Virus record (IMG/VR): IMGVR_UViG_3300031857_000135
Coordinates: 2,747 to 66,746 of that record
Length of the DNA stretch: 64,000 bases
From: a virus
Direction: 5' to 3' (one strand)
Numbering within the stretch: position 1 is the stretch's first letter; each line of letters begins with the position of its first letter. The position numbers were made by a program, and so were the translations under genes. Below, one piece after another: positions 11,001 to 19,040 of the stretch. The notes under the pieces were generated by a model. It was not told where the DNA came from and did no database searches. It worked only from the letters and a program-made list of their open reading frames with translations.

Positions 11001-11433
11001 AATTGATGATCCCGGAGATGACACCACATACCTACGAGGTCAGTTAGTTCCATTGTCTGAGATCGAGCTGAAGAACAAAGAACTCCGTGCTATGAGTAAG
11101 CGCGAGATTAAGCACTCGCCCCAGCTCAAGGCCATGAACAAGATGCCGCTTGCTGCCCAGGAAGACTGGATGGCGCGCCTAAACTTCCAGCGCCTTCAAG
11201 AGACGTACACTGAAGGTGCCGCGCAGAACTGGAAGTCTGATATTCACGGTCATCCCATTGCGGGTATCGCACACGGCGCAGAGTTCGGTCTCGAGCCTCC
11301 TGGCAGTCAGCCTTTACCCGCTGCTCCAAAAATCACGGATCGCGTGGTAAACATCCCGAAGGTTGTACCTCCGGGGAATCCAAAACCAACCCTTCCGTCT
11401 CAGAACAAGCCCGGCTTCTTCTCTTTCCTGTGA
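5080..11433 (+). CDS. rpoBC: Fused DNA-directed RNA polymerase beta-beta' (single polypeptide)
   Basis: beta motifs (TPESQQTG, GYNFEDG, GDKLSGRHGNKG, GIPSRMNPGQ, GGQRIG) followed in frame by beta' motifs (LGKRQDLSGRSVI, RDPALH, NADFDGD at 9280-9300, GARKG, GEPITQMQMRTFHTGG); ATG 5080 has a GGAGA RBS (ORF track start 5056). Confidence 0.95.
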   Translation: MSNMNPLESHKLLVAKTKEAISSHFPIEGNKHKLELVRIEIEDESDKGSAQFNPANYNSQIDARLNDRTWGPDIVGVFKLTDKASGKVLDQRSRTLGKLPKVTTRYSYIINGNEMQLDGVFRLNPGAYHAEAQNGDLLAKWNVAAGSKVGSFDIYIERRDPKKLGLMTMSIKSSGTSTVDIPIYPVLRALGVEDAQIQRALGDKLFEVNRDKSKISDILKFHKAIEGRGASDYKEPSVSEAAKFAKQTFESAEVSPQTMKSAFGKEFTSITGEALLLSAKKLVDISRGDVPEDDRQSLSNKRLYGIEDFVSEELTRGKTIYALTRKIRNNVDRKTTIQDIIPASAAGYGAAILKPFKAGQLPTQTNPLQFLSNHTKTTILGAEFGGIKGENVNLLPDKMINPSHLGLLDPLQTPESQQTGIHLHIPLGAQKVGHDLVAQVVNVRTGKIERKSAADLERAVVAYPDQVKIQKNSDGTVKVTPLESNVIVYDNDRNTSKRPWKDVDYVLPSAKLLFAASANLVPFVQNDNGNRAMMATKHQEQAVGLKNREAPLVQTAASGGLAYEDLVGGTASISSNADGVVSSVNKEEIVVLGTDKKKYRHALYNNYPLNGAKHMLHSQPVVKEGDKVKKGQLLADSNFTKNGKLALGTNLRVAYIPYRGYNFEDGLVISESAAEKLVSSHLHSVEVEMHPNVVVNKKMWRQYAGMVKATPAILQKLDDDGIVRVGQKIEPGDVLIAKLQKQSLSKDTEDIRKRLKGAVQDYVDSSVKWDHEYDGVVARVVNNGRKIAVFIRTEQTMEVGDKLSGRHGNKGIVTKILPDDKMPKDKNGEPVHILMSPAGIPSRMNPGQVLETAAGKIALKTGKPFVVNNFDAGTDYSQLVKDELKKHKISDTDELFDPETGESLGQVLTGMQYILKLDHQAEKKISARGGGFGYAYKTTGEASQGSGLGEGGQRIGGLDTYTLLAHGAKHNLREMQTYKSDREQAEDVWTRIMRGERPPPPKVPRSMEQFTHYMRAMGVYTERKGREYSLMPMTDKQTKAQSSGELAFPERTLAAKGSLTKEERGGLFDRTKTGGLEGTKWSHMDLGMRIPNPVFEEPVRSLLRMPKPEFQRLLTAEGAVGRKSGFQVIEEKLRALDVKKELKIAEKELDEANENELNVAYKRVRYLRALDELGIKPVDAYTNEVLPVLPPTLRRVSIGFDGTQIIDPANKMYAIIGQMVKQHEQAKKENLPIGEIQKLQAEIYATTKALRVSGMQMEGKQVPSLMDKLTGLKQPKGSFFQSGVLGKRQDLSGRSVITPDPEMPLDEVGVPREMLMEMYKPFVIKEMWRGMGRATSPGDARLKIKQNHPAANEALERVVRDRPVMMKRDPALHMFSIMAFKPRIIEGKSIKIHPLVTGGFNADFDGDTMAMYVPITEGAVQEAKAMMPSKNLFSPTSGGLMTTPSQDSVLGIYQATEWGKKVSGSFTVDEAIKQLKAGKLKSYDVISVVGMNKPTTAGRLMINNTLPTEFKNDEDLLYNPEFRMAKGGMKRFATRIARAQPEEFAKMIDDWKTIGFQLAFKNGSSVKVNDFHDGFKLRDQVLKKYKTEENKILSGPGSRAIKNEKIVSLYQKAQKELKQVGETKYNASKDNGMWEWARSGAKGDWNQFGQMVMGPMLVQDPMNKTVPFAITKSFGEGLPVSQYYTALHGARKGTIDRASATAKPGALTKELINTVIDNTIKSRDCGTNRGALLSAMESDIEGRFLAGEVPLKDGPTLAKGTLITPQIRSKIKNDGPRKVLVRSTLYCNETKGICATCYGLSERGALYPVGTNVGIIAGHALGEPITQMQMRTFHTGGVGGTSGVSDYYTAAEDLFKVPQKLKGAATLATVSGKIEKIESDPLGGKIVTIDGRKHVVPFTTPLLSSIRVGAEVEKTDALSEGRKNPHDILSITNNMSAVRMHLSDSLNELYTETTGNERRRNIETVIRAMTDLTRIDDPGDDTTYLRGQLVPLSEIELKNKELRAMSKREIKHSPQLKAMNKMPLAAQEDWMARLNFQRLQETYTEGAAQNWKSDIHGHPIAGIAHGAEFGLEPPGSQPLPAAPKITDRVVNIPKVVPPGNPKPTLPSQNKPGFFSFL

Positions 11434-11440
11434 GGTTCCC

Positions 11441-11845
11441 ATGAACAAACTCGCGGCATACCAATACCTTATTGACAATCATCCTCTTTGGGAAAACGAT
11501 TCGTTAGATAAACAGGCAGGTCTAATCTCTAATCTCACTAGCGGTTTAGGGAAGAGTATTGCGTTATCTCCAGTTAAATCATTCGGTACAGGGCTGTCTC
11601 GTGCAGCAAAGGGGTCCCTCTCAGACCTTAGACGGACTGGAGCCACACGGCGATCCTTTCTCGGTCTCGGAGGCGATAAGCTAACAAACAAGGCCGGACT
11701 TGGTGATACCTTAAAATTCTACGGATCTCGTGCTGCAGACAGTACAGGTCAGTTTATTGCTAATAATCCCGGTGCTGCGACAGCTATCGGTGTTGGTGGG
11801 CTAGGAGCTGCCGGATTAGGTACGGGCTACATGCTAACGAGGTAA
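11441..11845 (+). CDS. Small basic putative head-internal protein with MNKLAAY...HPLW...DKQA leader and C-terminal Gly-zipper helix
   Basis: ATG 11441 with GAGG RBS; leader shared with ORFs 47392-47763 and 47826-48173. Confidence 0.75.
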   Translation: MNKLAAYQYLIDNHPLWENDSLDKQAGLISNLTSGLGKSIALSPVKSFGTGLSRAAKGSLSDLRRTGATRRSFLGLGGDKLTNKAGLGDTLKFYGSRAADSTGQFIANNPGAATAIGVGGLGAAGLGTGYMLTR

Positions 11846-11848
11846 TTA

Positions 11849-12916
11849 GTGTCAAGTAAAAGTTTACGACCAGTAAAGTCCTCTATTTTCCAGGGGCGCA
11901 TCGTTGCAGTTGACGGTGCGCGCTGGACTTGTTCGGTATCGTGCGAAGCAATTAAAAGGTCATTTGCTGAAGTTGCAATTCCCTCGCTCTACGCATCAAT
12001 GTCGGGAGAGGGAATTCATTACATGCCCGAAATAGGTACTATTTGCTATGTATGCGTTCCTTCTGATGAAGGAATTCCGTTCTTACTAATGTCTGCCCCC
12101 TCCGTGTCCTCTTCATCCAAAGACGGACAGCCAGGGTCGTTTCATTCTAATAGACCCTATTTAAATCCTGGAGATATGGTTGTTCTTACAAAGGATGGAA
12201 ATGGATTTATTGCTCGTAGAGGTGGCGTTACTGAGTTTAGGGGGTCCGCACTATCAAGAATAGTTACTAATCCTTTTACAAATCAAATTGCTGCTTTTGC
12301 AGAAAACTGGAAGGTAGAGACCTTTGGCGGGACTTCCGAGTGGAGTACAAACTTTCGGGAAGAGAGCTCCTATGGGGAGCTGACATGCTCTCTCGAGACG
12401 ACTGTTAGGGAGTTTGTTAGCTCTCCAAGTTGGTCGGTCAGGACGATCGAGGGTGCCACTGATATCCGAGTAGAGCTAGACGGCCCTGTTCCTGCTCCGC
12501 CTCTTGTAGACACTCCCGTAACCCTGAATGTCGAAGGACCTCTTGGAACAATAATTCCATCTATCGTAACTATAAAAAAACCGGCAACACTCGATAGTGC
12601 GCAGGCTGTCTTAGTCGTTCAAGTCAATTCTGATGAGACCCTGCCGCTACCCGTACCTTCGGCAAGTCTCGCAGTTTCCCGAGCGGGCGATGCGCTGATT
12701 ACAACTGCGGGTAAGATACGTGTCGTTCAAGAGGTAGATGTTGGCGCTGCCAAGTCGGTGTTACTCGGCACTGACTTTTTGAGTAGACTCTCTGGAGTTC
12801 TGGAGGAGATCGTAGAGATCGCCTCTACATCAGGAAGTCCTACTCCAGAGACCGCTGCTCTCATTGCTGAGATAGCATCCGGTATTCATCTCTCGAAAAC
12901 TCTCGAAGTCGAGTAG
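11849..12916 (+). CDS. Baseplate spike/Gp5-like protein (N-terminal OB-fold-like region)
   Basis: GRIVAVD...GIHYMPEIGTICYV resembles gp5/gpV OB domains; followed by short beta-strand repeats. Confidence 0.5.
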   Translation: MSSKSLRPVKSSIFQGRIVAVDGARWTCSVSCEAIKRSFAEVAIPSLYASMSGEGIHYMPEIGTICYVCVPSDEGIPFLLMSAPSVSSSSKDGQPGSFHSNRPYLNPGDMVVLTKDGNGFIARRGGVTEFRGSALSRIVTNPFTNQIAAFAENWKVETFGGTSEWSTNFREESSYGELTCSLETTVREFVSSPSWSVRTIEGATDIRVELDGPVPAPPLVDTPVTLNVEGPLGTIIPSIVTIKKPATLDSAQAVLVVQVNSDETLPLPVPSASLAVSRAGDALITTAGKIRVVQEVDVGAAKSVLLGTDFLSRLSGVLEEIVEIASTSGSPTPETAALIAEIASGIHLSKTLEVE

Positions 12917-12919
12917 CCC

Positions 12920-13822
12920 ATGTCCAGCTCTCTATTTCTAAAGCCAGTCGATCCTCATAGCTTCTTCGAGAAGCAGGCATCCATCGCTAAGATGCCTGAT
13001 GACGATACCAAGTGGCCTGCGCAGGTTCTTAGCAGCCTACATCAGCAGCTGCCTTTCTTGTCTCAGTATGAGATTGATCTGGACATGCAGAGAATTGAGC
13101 CCGAGGCCGGGTTTGCGTTCGGTCACGCCCTCCTGATGGCGAAGAACGACCCCACAGCGGCAACGGCATCAAAGAACCCTCAGAACATGGTTCGTATCCC
13201 GATCATTGTTGCTGATCGCCTTCTACAACCCTTTCATACTTTTGAGCTGGCTGGAAATGTCTACCCACTTACCGCAGAGCGAATTGAATCGGCGCTCTTG
13301 AATCCGTCGATGTTCCAGGGGCCTGCGGATCAGCCCCAGCGACAGAAGTCTCTCATTGATCAGATGTACCCACCGTACCAGCAGCGGCAGGGCTTTGGTC
13401 GCGTGGTCGGTGATGGTGCCTCTTCAATGGGCATCAATAAGCTTAGTTCTGCCTTTATTTCACAGTATGGAAGAGTAGTAACAAAGCTTGCTGGAATGAC
13501 ATTATCCTTCTCCGCGGGATCTAAACTCCCTGCGTCTGTGGTTCTCAAGAATTCTAAAGTTAAACTGCCGGGTGGCACCAGTCCTCAAAGTTTTTCGTTC
13601 TACCAGATGGGAAATAGCAAATTTGTAATGGCTGTCCCAGCGTCTATTGGATCAAAATTAGAATCTACTAAAGATCAATCTGATATTCGTAAAATTATTG
13701 CACCTTTAATGAGAGAAGAACTGACCGCTGGTCGCTCTGGAAGAGGATCACAGGGCATGCTGCTTCTCTTTACTAAGAAGCCTGATGGAAGTTACGCGCA
13801 CGTCCCCCCTCCGTCGATCTGA
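12920..13822 (+). CDS. Hypothetical head-associated protein with KxA sites
   Basis: EKQAS, NKLSS, TKLAG; the last third is AT-richer. Confidence 0.7.
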   Translation: MSSSLFLKPVDPHSFFEKQASIAKMPDDDTKWPAQVLSSLHQQLPFLSQYEIDLDMQRIEPEAGFAFGHALLMAKNDPTAATASKNPQNMVRIPIIVADRLLQPFHTFELAGNVYPLTAERIESALLNPSMFQGPADQPQRQKSLIDQMYPPYQQRQGFGRVVGDGASSMGINKLSSAFISQYGRVVTKLAGMTLSFSAGSKLPASVVLKNSKVKLPGGTSPQSFSFYQMGNSKFVMAVPASIGSKLESTKDQSDIRKIIAPLMREELTAGRSGRGSQGMLLLFTKKPDGSYAHVPPPSI

Positions 13823-13829
13823 GGTTCAT

Positions 13830-14852
13830 ATGCTCCCCTTTTGGCCCAAGATGGCTGGGGTTGAAGATGCCCCTAACTATCGCCCAACCGCAGGAGATGA
13901 TCGGTGCGAAAATTGCGCATACTACCGGGCGCTCAATAATGGCGCTGGGTATTGTGAGCGTTTTTCATTTGAGTGCGAACCTCAGAGTGTCTGCGATGAC
14001 TTCGTACGTGCCGGGCAGTCTAAGATGTCATCTGCCCCTGCAAGTACCCTCGACAGACTAAAAGCCTTTGCAGCCAATCCCGTTACAAGATCTGTAGGAA
14101 TAAACACAGCTATCGGCTCTGCAGCCGGAGCTGGTATTGGTGCTGTCGGTTCCGGTGAGGATGCTGGAAGTTCTGCAGCAACCGGAGCACTGGCAGGTGG
14201 ACTGGCTGGAACTGGAATCGGAACTCTCGGCCCTCTAATGAGGGCCGGAAAGATCTCAAAGCAGTTTGGTCCCAAGATGGATGAAGCAATAAAGTCTTTT
14301 GATAAGAAAGCACCAAGAAGAACCCTTAAATACGATTTTGATGATTACTTGGTTAAGAACCGAACAGCAAGAACAAATCAACAAATCTCCGATCAGTACA
14401 TGACGATGCGTAATAATCGAAAGAGCTTGTCTGAGGTAGAGAAAAATCTAAAAATGGTAAATAGTCGTCTTCAGCAGACAGGTCCCAATCCCCAACTGCA
14501 GAATGCACAAAAAGCCCTGCAAGATGCAAGAGATCAGCTTGTAAATGCTGAGAAGTTGATAAAGACTGATATTGAAAAATTGCGAAACCAAAGACTTGAT
14601 ATTGATCGTATGAAGATAACGAGTGAGCAGGGTAGAAAGAATACTCTGGCACGGGTAGCCGAAGAACGAAAGGCATTAGAAGAGCAAAAGAAGAAAGGGG
14701 TTGTATACGATCCGAAGGATTTAGCTAAGGCGAGTCCTTTGGAAGCAGCGGCAGTCCCCGGATTATCGGCCCTTGTGGGTGGTGGGCTAGGCTTTGGCGT
14801 ATCACACGATGCTAAAGAACAGGAACGCTTCCGCCGGTCGCGGCAGGGCTGA
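13830..14852 (+). CDS. Modular protein: HiPIP-like 4-Cys domain, Gly-zipper and coiled coil
   Basis: ATG 13830 with GAGG RBS; NY...CENC..Y...GYC...P..VCDDF; GSAAGAGIGAVG/GALAGGLAGTGIG. Confidence 0.7.
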   Translation: MLPFWPKMAGVEDAPNYRPTAGDDRCENCAYYRALNNGAGYCERFSFECEPQSVCDDFVRAGQSKMSSAPASTLDRLKAFAANPVTRSVGINTAIGSAAGAGIGAVGSGEDAGSSAATGALAGGLAGTGIGTLGPLMRAGKISKQFGPKMDEAIKSFDKKAPRRTLKYDFDDYLVKNRTARTNQQISDQYMTMRNNRKSLSEVEKNLKMVNSRLQQTGPNPQLQNAQKALQDARDQLVNAEKLIKTDIEKLRNQRLDIDRMKITSEQGRKNTLARVAEERKALEEQKKKGVVYDPKDLAKASPLEAAAVPGLSALVGGGLGFGVSHDAKEQERFRRSRQG

Positions 14853-14860
14853 GGTATCCG

Positions 14861-16366
14861 ATGAAGAAAGTCGCTTCTCTCTGTAGAGCTATCGCAGGAA
14901 CTATTAATCAAAGCGACTTTGAGCGCTTCGAAGAGGAGTTCCGGCACCCTGAAATAAGAAGAATGATTGAAAAAAACGCATCAGTAGTAGAAGGTCTGCA
15001 GAATCTTACTGCTGAGCCGATCGTACCTTTTGGGCGTATGGCAAAAGTTGCCTCTTTGCGGTTTCGTCCCGGGATCGATGTAGTTCAGGTTCGTCCTTCT
15101 GGGTATGGTTACACCATCAAAGTATCGGCCGCTCCGGCAAATATGGCTCCGCAGGAGGCACAGGTCTCCGCACCGCAAGCACAGCAGGCGTTGCCGCCTG
15201 AAATGCTACAAGCCGCAGATCAGCAGGGCGCTGCCACCGTTACGGGTGTTCAAGCACAGCCCGATCCTATGGCGGAGCAGATGCTTCCGGTAAGTGCGTT
15301 TGGTATCTACAAGGTGACCAACGCTGAGACTGGAAAGCAAATGGTTGGTTATGTTATCCCCGGTCTTTTTGATCCTATTCAGGGTACTCAGACCTCAATG
15401 GCGCTGTTTACGAACGGCGCTTCATACTCAGTGCAGCCAGGCATCTCAGGCTCACTTGTAGGCGTGAACCACAACCTCCCGATTCCAGAGAATCCTGATA
15501 TCCGCGGCCTTGGTGTCTTTGTAAAGACGAATGGCAAGGCCATCATGTGTACCGTGCCCTTCAACATCATCACCAAGGTGCAGGTGCAAGGAAACGGATA
15601 CTTCGCTGCGCAAGATATGAACGGAACAGATTTACGAATCATCCCCTCTGAAGGTCTTCAGCGTCCTGTGGCGTCGTCGACAACCGACATCGCCATTCCG
15701 GCTGATTTTAAGTTCATGCCACTTGAGAATCCGGTACAGCTGGCAGCCGGCAACGAGCTGATGAAGGCTGCGCAGGCGAACGCATATGAGACGATGGCCG
15801 AAATTCGGGCATGGGAGGGAGGTTGTCGGCTCAGTGGCCCGGTCTTCGAGAAGATCGGATCAGGAGAGCACTCTTGGGCAGACGGAGTGTTCTGGCTAGC
15901 TGCGGCTGGCATGCCTCAGAATCTCAGCGCTGCGTGTCTCGAGAAGGCTGCCTCAGATGGCAAGCCACTTCGGATGTTCAACCTTCGTCCGCTATCAACT
16001 CGCGAAGAGGCGTATGAGGGAGCGCTAAAAGAAGCCGCTGTGGACATGCTTGACACGGAGCTGCCCAAGCGCGTCAACCTGCTTAAGGAGATCTCTGCTA
16101 TCACCTTCGACAAGAAGGCATCCGCGCTTGTGGATACAGCCTCAGTTGATGCTGTGCTGGCGTTGAACTTCCTCAATCCAGAGAACGTCGAGACCTTCAT
16201 CGAGTTCCTTCCGCAGCTCGAGGAGGCGTCTGCCAAACTTGCGAGTGTCACACTTGCCGCACAGCTGGGACTTCAGAGCATTCCCAAGACTGCTGCTGTG
16301 CGTGCGATGTTTGCCCTCGAGGACGTGATCACTGGGTTAAAGAGTCTCAAATCCTACCAGGTGTGA
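14861..16366 (+). CDS. Hypothetical head-associated protein rich in KxA(S) sites
   Basis: 501-aa ORF with ~8 KxA motifs; GAGG RBS. Confidence 0.75.
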   Translation: MKKVASLCRAIAGTINQSDFERFEEEFRHPEIRRMIEKNASVVEGLQNLTAEPIVPFGRMAKVASLRFRPGIDVVQVRPSGYGYTIKVSAAPANMAPQEAQVSAPQAQQALPPEMLQAADQQGAATVTGVQAQPDPMAEQMLPVSAFGIYKVTNAETGKQMVGYVIPGLFDPIQGTQTSMALFTNGASYSVQPGISGSLVGVNHNLPIPENPDIRGLGVFVKTNGKAIMCTVPFNIITKVQVQGNGYFAAQDMNGTDLRIIPSEGLQRPVASSTTDIAIPADFKFMPLENPVQLAAGNELMKAAQANAYETMAEIRAWEGGCRLSGPVFEKIGSGEHSWADGVFWLAAAGMPQNLSAACLEKAASDGKPLRMFNLRPLSTREEAYEGALKEAAVDMLDTELPKRVNLLKEISAITFDKKASALVDTASVDAVLALNFLNPENVETFIEFLPQLEEASAKLASVTLAAQLGLQSIPKTAAVRAMFALEDVITGLKSLKSYQV

Positions 16367-16367
16367 T

Positions 16368-17231
16368 TTGGCTCATCCCGCTGAATTCTTTGTAAAATAT
16401 CTCCTCGTCGTCGGTTCAGCGCTCAACCACGACGAGGTTAATACTAATTTACAAATTTATGGCCTATCAGAAATCTCTGAAGTAGATCTTGAACGATGTA
16501 AATCGGACGTAGCAAAGTTGCCCACTGACTTCAGGCCGTGGGACTCGAAACACAGACCTACGGTATCTTGGCTTAGAAAGAAGAAACTTTATTCATTAGT
16601 ATTTCCAGATAAGCATACGGAGGAGATGCGGGAGAAGATCCTCCTGTCTCCGGTAAACAGGGAGCGAGTAGAGACCTTCATTCTGGGAGGAGTTCCATTC
16701 TTCGACATCTCGAATCAAATGCGGGAGCTTGGAACGGAGTTATCTGAGCTCGCCATTGCGGAGTTCAGGCACTACTTCTGGAACTCGGACATCATGGGGA
16801 TCGGTGACTGGTCGACCTACTTGGATAGAGACTCGAGTACCAGAACTTCTCCACTTAAAAATGCGTATCAGCTTGCTGTCCGCGCTGGGCCCGAGGCTAC
16901 CTCCTATCGACTTGGAATTCGGAGGGAGCTGGACGGCAAGAAGATCATGATGGAAGTCAGGTCAGAGCTGTACCACACCTTCCTCGAGACGCGGACTCTT
17001 CCGCTCTCTGATAAGAAGGTTGAGATGCTTGGAAATCTTGCCCGAGGACTTGCGCGAATTGACGAGCGAGTGCAGGCGGGAGATACTGCGCTTCAGGAAA
17101 CTCTGAAGAAGTTTGAGAAGTTCAAGGTTCTTCATGGTAAGCAGAAGGTCCCGAGCTTAGTAGATCTTGCGCCTACGGGATCCATCAGCAATCGGACTCG
17201 CGACGAGATCATCCAGACTACGAGGAAATGA
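16368..17231 (+). CDS. Hypothetical protein (possible terminase small subunit or DNA-binding protein)
   Basis: 287-aa helical ORF with TTG start upstream of terL; function guessed from position only. Confidence 0.55.
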   Translation: MAHPAEFFVKYLLVVGSALNHDEVNTNLQIYGLSEISEVDLERCKSDVAKLPTDFRPWDSKHRPTVSWLRKKKLYSLVFPDKHTEEMREKILLSPVNRERVETFILGGVPFFDISNQMRELGTELSELAIAEFRHYFWNSDIMGIGDWSTYLDRDSSTRTSPLKNAYQLAVRAGPEATSYRLGIRRELDGKKIMMEVRSELYHTFLETRTLPLSDKKVEMLGNLARGLARIDERVQAGDTALQETLKKFEKFKVLHGKQKVPSLVDLAPTGSISNRTRDEIIQTTRK

Positions 17232-17809
17232 TGCCTGCACTACGTTCAAAGACCGTTCGTGATGAAAATGCAATGATCGCATTTCTTCAAGAAGAGAATG
17301 TGCCGGGACTCGTAGGTGGTCCTGATTATACTGTTAATTCTTCTGGTTGGATTTCAATCTTCTGCAATGATGCCCATCAGGATCGGGGGACTACTCCCAT
17401 CTACGGAGCTCCTACAGGAGCCGCTGCGGACCAGGCCTCCTACACGGCTGCTCTGGCAGCCGGGCACTACAGCACTGCAATCAATGTCGCTAACGCTTCC
17501 AAGATTATTATTGGAATTGAGGTCATCAATGCTGCCAGTAGTAAGGCCTTGCATCTAAATCTGAGATTGTCCAATCTCGGCGATCCAAGCCTCACTACGG
17601 CAGCCCACTGGTTTAGGCAGTTAGTAGCGCCTAATTACTCCTCTTCGAAATACGATGCAGATGTTGCTGAGTATGTATTCAAACATCAGCTACTTACGGC
17701 GGGCGCTAAGTACACTCTCGAGCTTCCTGTTGCCGCGAACTGGGCAAATATTGTACTTCACAACACCGACGCCGCCGCTCGGTTTAAGATTTACGCGGAT
17801 ATCGGATGA
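17228..17809 (+). CDS. Hypothetical beta-rich virion protein
   Basis: Translationally coupled ORF with alternating beta-strand pattern. Confidence 0.6.
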   Translation: MMPALRSKTVRDENAMIAFLQEENVPGLVGGPDYTVNSSGWISIFCNDAHQDRGTTPIYGAPTGAAADQASYTAALAAGHYSTAINVANASKIIIGIEVINAASSKALHLNLRLSNLGDPSLTTAAHWFRQLVAPNYSSSKYDADVAEYVFKHQLLTAGAKYTLELPVAANWANIVLHNTDAAARFKIYADIG

Positions 17810-18162
17810 CTCCCGCCTTCATGGCTGACCCCAGCCGCACAACTGTAAACGAGGCGGAGCTGATCTCGGTTCCCCCTCGTGCAGAGTACCGCGGCAAGAA
17901 GTTTCGTGCTGAGATCATCAGAAAGGGAGATGATCTCATCTACCAATTCTTCAAAGTTCGGCACTCCGACTTTCAGACTCTCCTTGCAGAGATCATCGAA
18001 GTACACTTCGGAAAGACGGATGACTTCAGTGCTGCATATGTCCCGGAACTTGAGTCCCTTGCGATTCGGGCAAAGGGTGTGTGCGGCTCTCCCTTCTTCA
18101 ACTACCTGCACTACACCGAGAAGTTTCTTGGGCTGGTAGATAGGTGCCTTCAGGAATCCTGA
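17806..18162 (+). CDS. Hypothetical protein
   Basis: ATGA overlap with the upstream gene. Confidence 0.6.
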   Translation: MTPAFMADPSRTTVNEAELISVPPRAEYRGKKFRAEIIRKGDDLIYQFFKVRHSDFQTLLAEIIEVHFGKTDDFSAAYVPELESLAIRAKGVCGSPFFNYLHYTEKFLGLVDRCLQES

Positions 18163-18482
18163 AATGGGTCGTTCTCACGAATCGGACCCAGCCCTTTAAT
18201 TAAAATAATTGCCTTAAAGTCCCACTTCTCCCAGTGGGACTTCTTGTATACAGCATCATTGGCGTCACACCAGGTCTTTAAAAGGGACCTAAAAAAAGGA
18301 ACTTCTTCCTTTTTTATGTGGCGCACCAGCCGCAGGTGGAACACCCACTTGAGGGGATCCACCTGCGGCAACAAATCCCACCCGTACATGTCTCCGAGTA
18401 GGCTCCGCTCGAAGCTCTTAGCTGCGAGCGGTACCCATCTGAGGCTCAGTGGCGGGCTCTGCGGTGAAGTAGTATCGGCCAT
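18150..18482 (-). CDS. Hypothetical protein
   Basis: 110-aa ORF with plausible composition, downstream of 18418-18975. Confidence 0.5.
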   Translation of the reverse strand: MADTTSPQSPPLSLRWVPLAAKSFERSLLGDMYGWDLLPQVDPLKWVFHLRLVRHIKKEEVPFFRSLLKTWCDANDAVYKKSHWEKWDFKAIILIKGLGPIRENDPFQDS

Positions 18483-18975
18483 TGGCCGACACCTTAACCT
18501 GCCACACCGAGCGCAAGGGATGGACCTCCTGCAGGTTGTTCATCGTCTCCGCGATGTACGCGGAGAGCATGGCCTCCTCGGTCTCACCCTCAACCTTCTC
18601 CATCTCCTCGAAGGGGAGGGTGTGCGTGAGCACCGGGACGTTCACGCTGCCCTGGTCGCTGGCCATGTCCAGCCACGCCCAGGCGCGGAGACCGAACCAT
18701 CGGTCCACCGTGACCGAGTGGCCCGCGATTCGCCCGGTGTTCTCGCTCCCCCGTATGTTGAGCTTTATGTCTCTGTTGCCGGTAAGTGAGACCCGCTCAC
18801 CGAAGCGGTTCTTGTGCCGCTCGAGGTACCGCGCAATCTCGGAGGGATCCTCCGAGACGATCCGAATGGCTGTGGTCACCTTCATCTCCACGCTGTCGAG
18901 GAGATGGACAATGAGGGCAAGCTCTTGGCTGCCCCGAATCTGACGAACATCATATCCACAAACAATCGTCGCCAT
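18418..18975 (-). CDS. Hypothetical protein
   Basis: 185 aa; AGGAG RBS; preceded by GTCATAA motif and hairpin. Confidence 0.65.
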   Translation of the reverse strand: MATIVCGYDVRQIRGSQELALIVHLLDSVEMKVTTAIRIVSEDPSEIARYLERHKNRFGERVSLTGNRDIKLNIRGSENTGRIAGHSVTVDRWFGLRAWAWLDMASDQGSVNVPVLTHTLPFEEMEKVEGETEEAMLSAYIAETMNNLQEVHPLRSVWQVKVSANGRYYFTAEPATEPQMGTARS

Positions 18976-19013
18976 CTGTGACTCCTGTTATGCTCATCGT
19001 GAGCATAAAACTC

Positions 19014-19040
19014 TTATGACGAGGATTCTATGAGTTTTTC
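19014..19040 (-). promoter_or_regulatory. Putative phage promoter (GAAAAACT...GTCATAA)
   Basis: Motif 45 nt upstream of ATG 18975, followed by hairpin TTATGCTCA-CGA-TGAGCATAA. Confidence 0.55.

Noticed and set aside
5056-11433. Cellular rpoBC locus (bacterial chromosome)
   Set aside because: No rplL, rpsL or nusG context; flanked by portal and baseplate-like genes; strongly diverged and shortened
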